In this document: in pieces, positions 46,841 through 56,397 of the stretch
Layout of the letters: each line of letters opens with the position of its first letter
Numbering within the stretch: the stretch's first letter is position 1
IMG/VR virus record: IMGVR_UViG_3300031555_004524
Location: 184,150-248,149 of that record
Length of the DNA: 64,000 bases
Reading direction: 5' to 3' (one strand)
DNA from: a virus
Taxonomy: Duplodnaviria > Caudoviricetes
The notes under the pieces: model-generated
What the model saw: only the letters and a program-made list of their open reading frames with translations
Told to the model about the DNA's origin: nothing
The model's database searches: none
Program-made: the position numbers and the translations under genes

Positions 46841-46977
46841 CTCTTTCCGTTAATATATTCATGATTGAAATATGTTCCACGTAGCTTATCAACGTATTCA
46901 ACTGTTTTAATTTTAATTATAGGTCCTTTTAGGAATTTATTTTTATTTTTTATAGTTTTATTTTTATGCATATAATT

Positions 46978-47304
46978 TTAAATTTCCTTATATTCATCAT
47001 CTTCATCTTGTAATTCTTCAGTTTCAATATTGTCTTTTTTCGGTTTATAAAATATTGCGAATAATCCTATAAATATTGCAATTATAGCTATAAATAATAT
47101 AGTGATAGGTATTATACTGATGAAGAAATATAATGCTCTTTTAAGAATTATTTCTATAAAGGTATAATTATTTTTAATATTAATTTCTAATATACGGGAA
47201 TATAAATTGCTTATCCAAACTATAATTCCACCACCCATGATTGAATTTGTAATTATTAAAAATATTCCTGCTATAACCTTTCCAATTTTTTCTGATGTCG
47301 ACAT
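46978..47304 (-). CDS. Two-TM membrane protein
   Basis: 108 aa with two hydrophobic helices and an acidic tail. Confidence 0.65.
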   Translation of the reverse strand: MSTSEKIGKVIAGIFLIITNSIMGGGIIVWISNLYSRILEINIKNNYTFIEIILKRALYFFISIIPITILFIAIIAIFIGLFAIFYKPKKDNIETEELQDEDDEYKEI

Positions 47305-47468
47305 ATTTTTATTCTCCTTTTCTTCATATCATATTATGTATATTATATAAATAATATATGATTATTACATTGTTTATTTTTTAGTATAGTACTACCTTTA
47401 TAGCATTTTCAATAGTATTATAATTTTTTCACATACTTATAATTGATAAATTATAAAGGAGACTAGTT

Positions 47469-47972
47469 ATGGATAATATGAATATGATAAAACAAAAAGA
47501 AAATGAATATGGAAAGTATATATCTGAGCATATTAAAAATGTGAAAAAAGCATGGAACGAATTCAAAGAAAAATGCTCAGATATATTAGAATATCCAGCT
47601 CAAGTTGAACTAATAGATTCTCTAATAGAAAATCATGATATGTCTAAATACTCATCATATGAATTTGATGCATATAGAAGATATTTTTATCCTATAAATG
47701 ATAAAGAAAAAGCCGAATCTGAGGAGGATTTTAATATAGCATGGAAACATCATTATGAAAATAATCCTCATCATTGGAATCACTGGGCGGTAACTGATAA
47801 AGATAGTATGCCATTTGTATATGTAGTAGAAATGATATGTGATTGGCAAGCTATGGGATATAAATTTGGTAACACTGCAAAGGAATATTATGAGTCTAAA
47901 AAAGATGAAATTATTTTAGGCGATAAACAACGAAAATGGGTTGAAACTATATTAAATTTATTATCTAATTAA
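47469..47972 (+). CDS. HD-superfamily (DUF5662-like) protein
   Basis: HIKNV...HDMSKYS.YEF...AWKHHYENNPHHW...EMICDWQAM. Confidence 0.7.
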   Translation: MDNMNMIKQKENEYGKYISEHIKNVKKAWNEFKEKCSDILEYPAQVELIDSLIENHDMSKYSSYEFDAYRRYFYPINDKEKAESEEDFNIAWKHHYENNPHHWNHWAVTDKDSMPFVYVVEMICDWQAMGYKFGNTAKEYYESKKDEIILGDKQRKWVETILNLLSN

Positions 47973-48064
47973 ATGAAAAATAATGGTGCTAGACTGAAAT
48001 GTTTAGCACTTTTTTTCACATAATAATAAAGTTTTAATATAAAATGAAAGGAGAATTTTAATTT

Positions 48065-50446
48065 ATGATAAATTTTAGGAGTCATTCCAAAATTACCAAA
48101 GTAGTAATACCAGCGTCTATCAAAGTAAGTAATACTAATTTTTATAATGTTTTTCGTAATATGATAAATATGACAGAAAATGAATTAGGTATATACGAAC
48201 AACTAACAAATATGGGTAATACATATATTGGTTGCTCTAACCTCACAGGTAGTCCAGTATGTGGAGATAATGTAATAAATATGGCTAGTGCATACGATGG
48301 ATGTTCTAATCTTACAGGTAATCCAGTATGTGGACCTAATGTAACAAATATGAGCAGTGTGTATCAAAATTGTAGTAACCTTACAGGTAGTCCAGTATGT
48401 AGTGATAAAGTAAAAGATATGCGTGGCGCGTATCGTATATGTCACAATATTACAGGTAATCCAGTATGTGGACCTAATGTAACAAATATGGCTAACGCAT
48501 ATGATAGTTGTAGAAATCTTACAGGTAGTCCAGTATGCGGTAATAATGTAACAAGTATGTATCAGACATATCAGAATTGCTATAATCTTACAGGTAGTCC
48601 AGTATGCGGTAATAATGTAACAAGTATGAGTGGAGCATATGGCAATTGTCGTAATCTTACAGGTAGTCCAGTATGTGGACCTAATGTAACAAGTATGAGT
48701 GGCGCATATGTTGGTTGCAGAAATCTTACAGGTAGTCCAGTGTGTGTAGATAAAGTAACAAATATGAGCAATACATATTATGGTTGTTCTAACCTTACAG
48801 GTAGTCCAGTGTGCGGTAATAATGTAACAAGTATGTATCAGACATATCGTAATTGCTCCAATATTACAGGTAGTCCAGTATGTGGAAATAATGTGACAAA
48901 TATGCATATGACATATGCATATTGTAATAATATTACAGGTAGTCCAGTATGCGGTAATAATGTAACAGATATGGGTAGTGCATATGTATATTGCTATAAT
49001 CTTACAGGAAACCCAGTATGTGGGGACAATGTAACAAGTATGGCGAGTTCATATTACGGATGCTACAACCTTACAGGTAGTCCAGTGTGTGGAGATAAAG
49101 TAACAGATATGGATGGCGCATATCAAAGCTGCTCCAATCTTACAGGTAGTCCAGTGTGTGGAGATAAAGTAACAGATATGCAGAGAGCATATCAAAGCTG
49201 CTCCAGTCTTACAGGTAGTCCAGTGTGTGGGCCTAATGTAATAAATATGGGTAGCGCATATTGGCAATGTTCTGGAATTACAGGTAATCCTATATGTAGT
49301 GATAAAGTAATAAATATAAGTAATACATATTTTTGCTGCTACAACCTTACAGGCAGTCCAGTATGTGGTAAGAATGTAACAAATATGAGCTATGTATATG
49401 CATATTGTCGTAATCTTACGGGTAATCCAGTGTGTGGGGCCAATGTAACAAATATGGCGAGTTCATATTACGAATGCTACAACCTTACAGGTAGTCCAGT
49501 ATGCGGTAATAATGTAACAAATATGAGTGAAGCATATGGCAATTGTCGTAATCTTACAGGTAGTCCAGTATGTGGAAATAATGTAACAAATATGAGTAGT
49601 GCATATTCTTATTGCTCTAACCTTACAGGTAATCCAGTATGCGGTAATAATGTAACAAGTATGGCGAGTTCATATTACGGATGCTACAACCTTACAGGTA
49701 GTCCAGTGTGTGTAGATAAAGTAACAAATATGAGCAATACATATTATGGTTGTTCTAACCTTACAGGTAGTCCAGTGTGTGTAGATAAAGTAACAAATAT
49801 GAGCAATACATATTATGGTTGCTCTAACCTTACAGGTAGTCCAGTATGCGGTAATAATGTAACAAGTATGTATCAGACATATCAGAATTGCTACAACCTT
49901 ACAGGTAGTCCAGTATGCGGTAATAATGTAACAAGTATGAGTGGAGCATATGGCAATTGTCGTAATCTTACAGGTAGTCCAGTATGTGGACCTAATGTAA
50001 CAAGTATGAGTGGCGCATATTTTAATTGCTATAATCTTACAGGTAGTCCAGTATGTGGAAATAATGTAACAAGTATGAGTTTTACATATCATAATTGCCG
50101 TAATCTTACAGGTAGCCCAGCATGTGGACCTAATGTAACAAATATGCAACATACATATCTATGGTGCCCTAATTTATATGGTAATATGTATATGTATTCA
50201 TCTAATGTATCAAATATACAAAGTTGTTTCGAAGATAGAAATACATCTAACATGTTAAATATATATGTATTAAAAGATAGTATTAGTATGAATACATGTT
50301 TGATTAATAATACCAGTAGTATGATAGGTAATACTATTACATGGACCAACGATACTGCTAATAATAGATACTACAATACAGTAGAAAATATCTACATATA
50401 TCCAGTATCTAATGTAGAACAAGCAAGAATAAATAATGGAGAATAA
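48065..50446 (+). CDS. BspA/LRR-like solenoid protein with 28 tandem 23-aa repeats
   Basis: Repeat consensus xNLTGSPVCGxxVTxMxxxYxxC; 57-aa N-cap and 92-aa C-cap; GAAAGGAG RBS. Confidence 0.8.
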   Translation: MINFRSHSKITKVVIPASIKVSNTNFYNVFRNMINMTENELGIYEQLTNMGNTYIGCSNLTGSPVCGDNVINMASAYDGCSNLTGNPVCGPNVTNMSSVYQNCSNLTGSPVCSDKVKDMRGAYRICHNITGNPVCGPNVTNMANAYDSCRNLTGSPVCGNNVTSMYQTYQNCYNLTGSPVCGNNVTSMSGAYGNCRNLTGSPVCGPNVTSMSGAYVGCRNLTGSPVCVDKVTNMSNTYYGCSNLTGSPVCGNNVTSMYQTYRNCSNITGSPVCGNNVTNMHMTYAYCNNITGSPVCGNNVTDMGSAYVYCYNLTGNPVCGDNVTSMASSYYGCYNLTGSPVCGDKVTDMDGAYQSCSNLTGSPVCGDKVTDMQRAYQSCSSLTGSPVCGPNVINMGSAYWQCSGITGNPICSDKVINISNTYFCCYNLTGSPVCGKNVTNMSYVYAYCRNLTGNPVCGANVTNMASSYYECYNLTGSPVCGNNVTNMSEAYGNCRNLTGSPVCGNNVTNMSSAYSYCSNLTGNPVCGNNVTSMASSYYGCYNLTGSPVCVDKVTNMSNTYYGCSNLTGSPVCVDKVTNMSNTYYGCSNLTGSPVCGNNVTSMYQTYQNCYNLTGSPVCGNNVTSMSGAYGNCRNLTGSPVCGPNVTSMSGAYFNCYNLTGSPVCGNNVTSMSFTYHNCRNLTGSPACGPNVTNMQHTYLWCPNLYGNMYMYSSNVSNIQSCFEDRNTSNMLNIYVLKDSISMNTCLINNTSSMIGNTITWTNDTANNRYYNTVENIYIYPVSNVEQARINNGE
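48236..50167 (+). repeat. 28 x 69-bp coding tandem repeat
   Basis: Near-invariant core TTACAGGTA(G/A)TCCAGT(A/G)TG recurring every 69 nt. Confidence 0.9.
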
Positions 50447-50459
50447 AATTATATATAGA

Positions 50460-50497
50460 AATAGAGTAGAGAACAATAAAAGTTCTCTACTCTATTT
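50460..50497. terminator. Bidirectional terminator
   Basis: AATAGAGTAGAGAAC-AATAAAA-GTTCTCTACTCTATT. Confidence 0.7.
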
Positions 50498-51337
50498 TAA
50501 TATTATTTGTCTCCTATTTACATATCCCATTATATAATTATTCATATTTAAAGTTTTAGCTATTGCATACTTATTATTTTCGCACACACCACTACATATA
50601 AAGAATTCTCCAGTTATTGACCTGACAGGAACATTAGAAACTGCCGATTCATATAAGTTAGCGCCTAATAAATAAATTCTAGTTCCAGCCATAATAGTTT
50701 TACTTTCCAGATTATCAGATATTTTTTTAGTTTTTATTGGTTTTAATTCAACTCGTTTTTTCTTCTTTACTATGTGAATAGGTTTAGCAGTTTCTTCTTT
50801 TTTATTTTCAATTATCCCCATAGATTCTTTAATTTCATCTACTATATTTATATGATCTGTATTCTCTAATTCAATCAGTGAATTTTCTGATTTAGATGAG
50901 AAGAATATATCCGAAGCCTGTTTATCTAAACTATATAATTCAAATTCTTCTATGATACTAATCAAATAATCTTTTTCTTCTCTAGTGTACGTTTCATTTT
51001 TTTTAAATGCATAATCATACTGGAGAATACCTTTCATATTTTCAAATATATCTTTATTTGAAGTAATATAATTAGCTAATCCTTCTTCTAAACTTCCATA
51101 TACTCTATATACTTTTTTAGTAATTTCATTTAATATAGTTTCTCCATCATATGAATAATCAGGTTCAATTGCCATTGGATTATTTCCCAACACTAAATCT
51201 TCTGCTATGTGAATTATATCTTCCTGCTCCAATATAGCAATAGATATTGCCATAATAATTGATGAAGGAATTTTTAACTCCCTCATAACCTTATACGCAG
51301 GTTCTTTTAAAATAGTTATCAATTCGCGTCTATCCAT
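50492..51337 (-). CDS. Divergent GH73 glucosaminidase-like cell-wall hydrolase with C-terminal cell-wall-binding-like domain
   Basis: PSSIIMA..IAILEQ, NNPMAI, YRVYGSLEEGLANY, LISIIEEFELYSLD follow the GH73 order; the YATD motif is not recognisable; late promoter. Confidence 0.55.
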   Translation of the reverse strand: MDRRELITILKEPAYKVMRELKIPSSIIMAISIAILEQEDIIHIAEDLVLGNNPMAIEPDYSYDGETILNEITKKVYRVYGSLEEGLANYITSNKDIFENMKGILQYDYAFKKNETYTREEKDYLISIIEEFELYSLDKQASDIFFSSKSENSLIELENTDHINIVDEIKESMGIIENKKEETAKPIHIVKKKKRVELKPIKTKKISDNLESKTIMAGTRIYLLGANLYESAVSNVPVRSITGEFFICSGVCENNKYAIAKTLNMNNYIMGYVNRRQIILK

Positions 51338-51361
51338 AGTCTAATTCCTCCTACCATGATT

Positions 51362-51373
51362 TATATGTATGTT
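51362..51373 (-). promoter_or_regulatory. Late-type promoter AACA-N6-TA
   Basis: Minus strand AACA TACATA TA. Confidence 0.65.
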
Positions 51374-51396
51374 TATGTAATCTAATTCGCCTGAAA

Positions 51397-51415
51397 TTAT
51401 ATATTATTACTATGA
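51397..51415 (+). promoter_or_regulatory. Early-type promoter
   Basis: TTA TATATTAT TACTA TGA heading the 51456-55455 operon. Confidence 0.6.
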
Positions 51416-51455
51416 AATCAATATAAAAATAAAAACACAAAGGAGAGAAAATAAT

Positions 51456-51971
51456 ATGAAAAAAGAATTTACCTATTTAACTTTAGAAATGTGTTATAAT
51501 GGTATACTTTCAACAGCAAAAGAAAGTGGTACTATTTTAGATGATCTGCTAGTCGGATTTACGTATCAATTGCCAGAAAGTGGAGGAGAAGCTATTGATA
51601 TTTCCAGTGTTATCATTAATGATATTTTATTACCTAGCGAAATAGATATGCCAGATAATGGGGAGATTTATTTCATAATTGATAGAGGAAATTATGCAAA
51701 AGAATTAAATGTTAGATATTATGCCACATTAAGATCATTGGGAGTGTATCTCAAAGATGGTATTAAAGACAGAGCAGTTAAAGTGGTAATTTTAGGAGCT
51801 TCAGCAGAAACTACACGTTTATACCATTTAATGCCAACTGAAGGAGGAGTGCAGATTACTCATGCTGTAAATAGTGAGGATGAAACCGATACAATGAATG
51901 TTGCGTTGATGTTTATTGAAACTTATAATGAAAACTATACTAATGATGAAGCTTCTACAATGACAAGTTAA
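51456..51971 (+). CDS. Hypothetical early protein
   Basis: 171 aa; AAGGAG RBS. Confidence 0.65.
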   Translation: MKKEFTYLTLEMCYNGILSTAKESGTILDDLLVGFTYQLPESGGEAIDISSVIINDILLPSEIDMPDNGEIYFIIDRGNYAKELNVRYYATLRSLGVYLKDGIKDRAVKVVILGASAETTRLYHLMPTEGGVQITHAVNSEDETDTMNVALMFIETYNENYTNDEASTMTS

Positions 51972-51994
51972 AAATAACAATAGGGGTAAATATA

Positions 51995-52498
51995 ATGAGT
52001 GAAAATAATATTGAAGCATTAGAGTTTTATAAATTATTAGAAATATTAGATGAAGTATATGGGAAATATATAACTGATTTTAGTGAAGAAAACATTATCA
52101 TAGGTGCAGAATATAATGAGAATGTTTACCTTTTCACCAAATTGGCATTTGTTACACATGATAAAGAAAACCTTAACCCTCAAATAAAATTAATATCCGA
52201 TATGCAGCAAGTTGCAAATAATATTGGTGATGACTATGTAGATATAGTTACATTACAAGATATATATAATCTTTGTGATAATATAATAAATTCGGAAAAA
52301 TCTGTATTTAAACCTGAATATAATCTTTCTTATGGTCAAAAAGAAGTTATAATATTTAATATACCAGTATCAATAAGATTAATAGATTTGGATGGAAATA
52401 TTTTTGATACAGATTTACACAATCCACTTATTATTGGCACTGGTATTATTTCTGTTTCAGACGAAACTGCGATTTTCTGTATATCCATAAACGAATAA
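51995..52498 (+). CDS. Hypothetical early protein
   Basis: 167 aa. Confidence 0.65.
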   Translation: MSENNIEALEFYKLLEILDEVYGKYITDFSEENIIIGAEYNENVYLFTKLAFVTHDKENLNPQIKLISDMQQVANNIGDDYVDIVTLQDIYNLCDNIINSEKSVFKPEYNLSYGQKEVIIFNIPVSIRLIDLDGNIFDTDLHNPLIIGTGIISVSDETAIFCISINE

Positions 52499-52510
52499 AG
52501 GAGATAATAT

Positions 52511-52684
52511 ATGGAAACTATGAAAGTTCAAGCAATATGGGAATTTGAGGTTGATACCTCAAATTTTGACCCTAAACATGTTAATATTAGAAAAATTGCA
52601 ATGGAATTAGCACAAAGGGAATTGAATGACTTATTAAATAAAAATGAGTTATCTACTGAAGATTTTGAATATACAATAGGGTGA
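52511..52684 (+). CDS. 57-aa hypothetical protein (not in ORF track)
   Basis: AAGGAG RBS; METMKVQAIWEFEVDTSNFDPKHV...FEYTIG*; fills an operon gap. Confidence 0.65.
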   Translation: METMKVQAIWEFEVDTSNFDPKHVNIRKIAMELAQRELNDLLNKNELSTEDFEYTIG

Positions 52685-52887
52685 TATGTATGATGAGTAT
52701 ATTTACGCAAAGTTATATTATGTATAACAATAAGAAAATATTTTTAAATACTAATTATAATGAGTTGAAACGTAAGATGAATGATAGTAAAAGTGTGATA
52801 GAAGTTGAAGTATCATCACTTATTATTGATAAGCGTGCAACTTTTAGAAAAGATAATATATCAAGATATGGGGAGGCTGGAATATAA
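52681..52887 (+). CDS. Small hypothetical protein
   Basis: About 65 aa; operonic; start codon uncertain. Confidence 0.55.
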   Translation: MICMMSIFTQSYIMYNNKKIFLNTNYNELKRKMNDSKSVIEVEVSSLIIDKRATFRKDNISRYGEAGI

Positions 52888-53363
52888 TGGGGTTGAAAAT
52901 AACAGTTGATTGTATTAATAGAGTAATACAAGCAATTAACGATGCATATTCTGATGATGAAGTAGCCCATTTACAGTATTTATTATACAAGAAAAATGAA
53001 TATAATATCAACAAAGATGAAGGATCTCGTATAATACAAAGATATGAAGAATTGCGAGATGATGATAGTATCATACTTATAGATAACGAATATCCAGTTA
53101 TAGCTGCAAATGTAAGATGTATTAGAGATATTTTATATTTCGATAACTGTGATTATAAGCATATGATTACATCTAAAATTAAACCACTTATTATATCAAA
53201 AAAAGTATATGATATGGAATATGGAGATATAGTTAATTATTATAAGAATATAATAATAGATGCTGCCAGAGAATATGTGGATATATTATTGTCATACGAT
53301 ATATTCAAAATATTAGCATATGAAATTATGAATAAATTTCCATATTTAAGGAAGGAGAAATAA
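52887..53363 (+). CDS. Hypothetical protein
   Basis: 158 aa; TAATG coupling. Confidence 0.65.
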   Translation: MGLKITVDCINRVIQAINDAYSDDEVAHLQYLLYKKNEYNINKDEGSRIIQRYEELRDDDSIILIDNEYPVIAANVRCIRDILYFDNCDYKHMITSKIKPLIISKKVYDMEYGDIVNYYKNIIIDAAREYVDILLSYDIFKILAYEIMNKFPYLRKEK

Positions 53364-53365
53364 TA

Positions 53366-53854
53366 ATGGAATATTTAACAGTTAAAGACTTTAAACAGTT
53401 TGTAGATAATCAAAGAAGACGAGGAAAAGTATTCACAGATTTTTTAAATGGAGCAGAAATCGAAGTAGACGATATGCCACTTGTTATTAGAACGATAACT
53501 AGAGATAAGTTTACGTTTTTTAATGAAACTAGATCTACTGTTAAAACTTTATTTATCGGAACGCCTATCAAAAAGGATATGGTATCTGAATTAGTAATAT
53601 TTAATATAGATTATTCTGCTGAAACATATTGTACTGTTGGGGATATATATGAAGCTTTTATATCTAATAATGTTGCTGATGATACAAAAATAGTTGCAGA
53701 GATGATTTGCTCTAATGATGAGAATTTTTTGGCTGATGCATATGTAATAACCTTTCCAAAATCATCAGTAGATATGATGATTGCAAATAATAAATTCTTA
53801 GTGATTGAGAAGATATATCCAACTATTAACGAAATGAAGATTGATGAGGATTAA
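53366..53854 (+). CDS. Hypothetical protein
   Basis: 162 aa; AAGGAG RBS. Confidence 0.65.
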   Translation: MEYLTVKDFKQFVDNQRRRGKVFTDFLNGAEIEVDDMPLVIRTITRDKFTFFNETRSTVKTLFIGTPIKKDMVSELVIFNIDYSAETYCTVGDIYEAFISNNVADDTKIVAEMICSNDENFLADAYVITFPKSSVDMMIANNKFLVIEKIYPTINEMKIDED

Positions 53855-54062
53855 ATACATGATAAAATTTAATAAAAATGCAGGTGCAATGGAAGAAATT
53901 CTTATTGGAAGATGGAAACAAAATGATACTGAATATTATATTTATGATGAAATATTTGATGAGATTATTACTGTAAATAAATTTACTGGTAAAGTCGAAG
54001 CTTATGGTTTTACTGGATTAATATCAGATTATTTAGCTGGCGGAGTATTCATAGTAGTTTAA
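53841..54062 (+). CDS. Small hypothetical protein
   Basis: About 67-73 aa; operonic. Confidence 0.55.
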   Translation: MMRIKYMIKFNKNAGAMEEILIGRWKQNDTEYYIYDEIFDEIITVNKFTGKVEAYGFTGLISDYLAGGVFIVV

Positions 54063-54083
54063 TTAAGGGAGAAGGACAGTTAG

Positions 54084-54788
54084 ATGCATACTATACAATA
54101 TATTAAATTCGTATATAGAAACGGCGCAATTGAGATATATAAAGATTGCGATGTTGATATAACAAAGAATTCGATAATAATATATGATGATGATAGGGTT
54201 ATTACTAAATATTATGAAGATTTAAAATCATATGAAGTTGGATTGGCTACTATTACTGATATTGGAGAAAGATGTAATATGTATCTTAATCTTGGAGGAA
54301 AGGCTACTATAATATCAGAATTAAAACGAATATGTGATACTATAAAAAATGCAAAAATTGATCTGTCTAAAGTATTGCCTATATTTAGAAACCCATTAGA
54401 TGATGGACAAAATTGGTATGTGCTGGATAATTATATAATAGATAATGATTCTAAAATGATTAAAATTGAATATAGATTATTAGAATCTTCTCAAAAATAT
54501 CCAAATGGTGATTTGAAAAGATTGGAAATTGATTGTGAACGTATATATGAAATACCAGATGAATATAATAATTATTCAATTTCAATATCATTTTCAGATG
54601 CATTTATAGATATGGTAGGTAATACCTTTATATTATCGCGTGTAACAAATTATACAGATTTTGAAGAAAAAATGAATAAACAAAATAGACTATTATTTGA
54701 AAAGTCTATATTCAATGAATATGATGCTATAGTTGAATTTTACATTGTACACCGCTGGAAAGGAGAACTGGCATATGCATGTAGATAA
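54084..54788 (+). CDS. Hypothetical protein
   Basis: 234 aa; N-terminus similar to that of the next gene. Confidence 0.65.
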   Translation: MHTIQYIKFVYRNGAIEIYKDCDVDITKNSIIIYDDDRVITKYYEDLKSYEVGLATITDIGERCNMYLNLGGKATIISELKRICDTIKNAKIDLSKVLPIFRNPLDDGQNWYVLDNYIIDNDSKMIKIEYRLLESSQKYPNGDLKRLEIDCERIYEIPDEYNNYSISISFSDAFIDMVGNTFILSRVTNYTDFEEKMNKQNRLLFEKSIFNEYDAIVEFYIVHRWKGELAYACR

Positions 54789-55455
54789 AATAGAAATTAT
54801 ATCAAATACAGGTATTAAACAGATGCACACTGACTGTGATATAACTTATTGGAATAATAATACAATATTATCAGTTGACTATTATAGGAATGGGAAAGAT
54901 ATAATCAACTATCCAATTTCATCCTTATTTAGTTGGCGTATATCAAAAACACCAGAAAAAGATACAGAATTGGTATCTAATCAATTTGAAGCTAATAATG
55001 CTGATACTGAAAAATTAATACTTAGACCAGATAATACGTATAAAGTTTCTACTATTAAACAATTTATAGCAGCTATATCTAATATTTTAGATAATCATAG
55101 AATAGAAAATGATCTAGACCCTACAACAATTGCAATTGTAATAGGGCATGATAATTATTTTATAACTACTATCGATTGTCGTTTTATTGGTCATTTATAT
55201 GATATTGAAAAAGATCCAGAGAAATCTTATATTGACTTGATACTGTCAACTAATACTGATGAAGTATTAACCGCTGATTTTATTTTTAATGGAGAGTTAT
55301 TATCATTTGATGGAGAATTAGCTGTAAGATGTAAAATTGAGGATGATAGGTCAAAGTATAAGTATTGTGGTAATACATTATATATTCATAATAGAATATA
55401 TAATGTACCTATGTCAAAATATGCGGACTCATTCATATATTGCTATATACGATAA
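54775..55455 (+). CDS. Hypothetical protein
   Basis: ATG at 54775 after AAAGGAG; N-terminus paralogous to 54084. Confidence 0.65.
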   Translation: MHVDKIEIISNTGIKQMHTDCDITYWNNNTILSVDYYRNGKDIINYPISSLFSWRISKTPEKDTELVSNQFEANNADTEKLILRPDNTYKVSTIKQFIAAISNILDNHRIENDLDPTTIAIVIGHDNYFITTIDCRFIGHLYDIEKDPEKSYIDLILSTNTDEVLTADFIFNGELLSFDGELAVRCKIEDDRSKYKYCGNTLYIHNRIYNVPMSKYADSFIYCYIR

Positions 55456-55456
55456 T

Positions 55457-55491
55457 AAATAATGGGTTTCTATAACCCATTATTTTTTTTT
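55457..55491 (+). terminator. Terminator
   Basis: AAATAATGGGTT-TCTAT-AACCCATTATTT plus a T tract. Confidence 0.7.
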
Positions 55492-55538
55492 GCTAATATA
55501 TTATAAATATGGAAATAATTACAAAATATTTTTGATAT

Positions 55539-55550
55539 AACAGTAAGATA
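55539..55550 (+). promoter_or_regulatory. Late-type promoter AACA-N6-TA
   Basis: AACA GTAAGA TA upstream of the chaperonin operon. Confidence 0.65.
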
Positions 55551-55590
55551 AATCTATAAAAACCAAAATGTATTAGGAGGAAATTTTAAA

Positions 55591-56397
55591 ATGGCACTTG
55601 GAGATCAGTATAATAATAACAAACCACAGTACAAAGAGATCGAAGTATATTCAGCTTATGGAATGACTAATGCGGAAGGAGTAGTAGATCCTTCTGCCCT
55701 ATCTATCAGCTTTTTCAGACAGTTGATGAAAATTGCAATTGCCCCTAAGCAGCAGACAACAGATGGAAGCATTAAATGGGATAATGAAAATGCAGCAATT
55801 GTTTATCTTACACATATTAAAGCTAGAATTTTATATGAAGGAATTAAGAATGTTCTTGATCCAAATAAACCAGAAATTCACAATGCTGGTGTAAACAGTG
55901 GTAGTGGAGAAACAGTAGGTTTAATTACATTCTCTGATGGAAAATCAGAAGGATTAAGTGGTCCATGCTTAATCATTAGAAAGATTGATCAGGCAGGAAG
56001 ACCAGTGAGCACATACATGTATGAATTTAAACAGAATTATCACAGTGCAATTATCAATTTTGATGGTAACACCTCCAAATTTGATCATATGTATTTTGAT
56101 AATCTTGAGATTAAACAGTTCATGGATGCGTTAAAAGAATATTATACAGCAATGACACATGCTAATGCATATTCTGTAATGTATCAGCAGAGATTTGATA
56201 TGAGCAGAATCCATACAAAATTAAATGCTATTGCTGATAAAGTTGGAGCTTCTCCAGAAAATACTAAAGGAAGTTATAATGGTGGAGGAAACTCATTCTT
56301 TAACAATAATAGATCAGCAAATTCAACTAGTCATTCAACAACTTCATCTGCAACAAGACAGGCTACATTAGATGATTTGGAGAGTGAATTAGAATAA
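55591..56397 (+). CDS. Conserved-looking protein, possible ssDNA-binding protein
   Basis: 268 aa; G/N/S-rich linker and acidic C-terminal tail (LDDLESELE) as seen in SSBs. Function is inferred. Confidence 0.4.
   Translation: MALGDQYNNNKPQYKEIEVYSAYGMTNAEGVVDPSALSISFFRQLMKIAIAPKQQTTDGSIKWDNENAAIVYLTHIKARILYEGIKNVLDPNKPEIHNAGVNSGSGETVGLITFSDGKSEGLSGPCLIIRKIDQAGRPVSTYMYEFKQNYHSAIINFDGNTSKFDHMYFDNLEIKQFMDALKEYYTAMTHANAYSVMYQQRFDMSRIHTKLNAIADKVGASPENTKGSYNGGGNSFFNNNRSANSTSHSTTSSATRQATLDDLESELE

Noticed and set aside
48236-50167. Regular repeat/variable alternation resembling a CRISPR array
   Set aside because: The unit is 69 bp, stays in frame without stops, and the variable parts keep fixed M/Y/C codons. 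It is a coding repeat, and no cas genes are present.
48065-50446. Diversity-generating retroelement target
   Set aside because: There is no reverse transcriptase or separate template repeat in the window, and the variation is not visibly restricted to adenines.
48203-50476. Antisense ORFs with HICYI/YWTTCK repeats
   Set aside because: These are shadow frames of the 69-bp repeat, without RBS or promoter.
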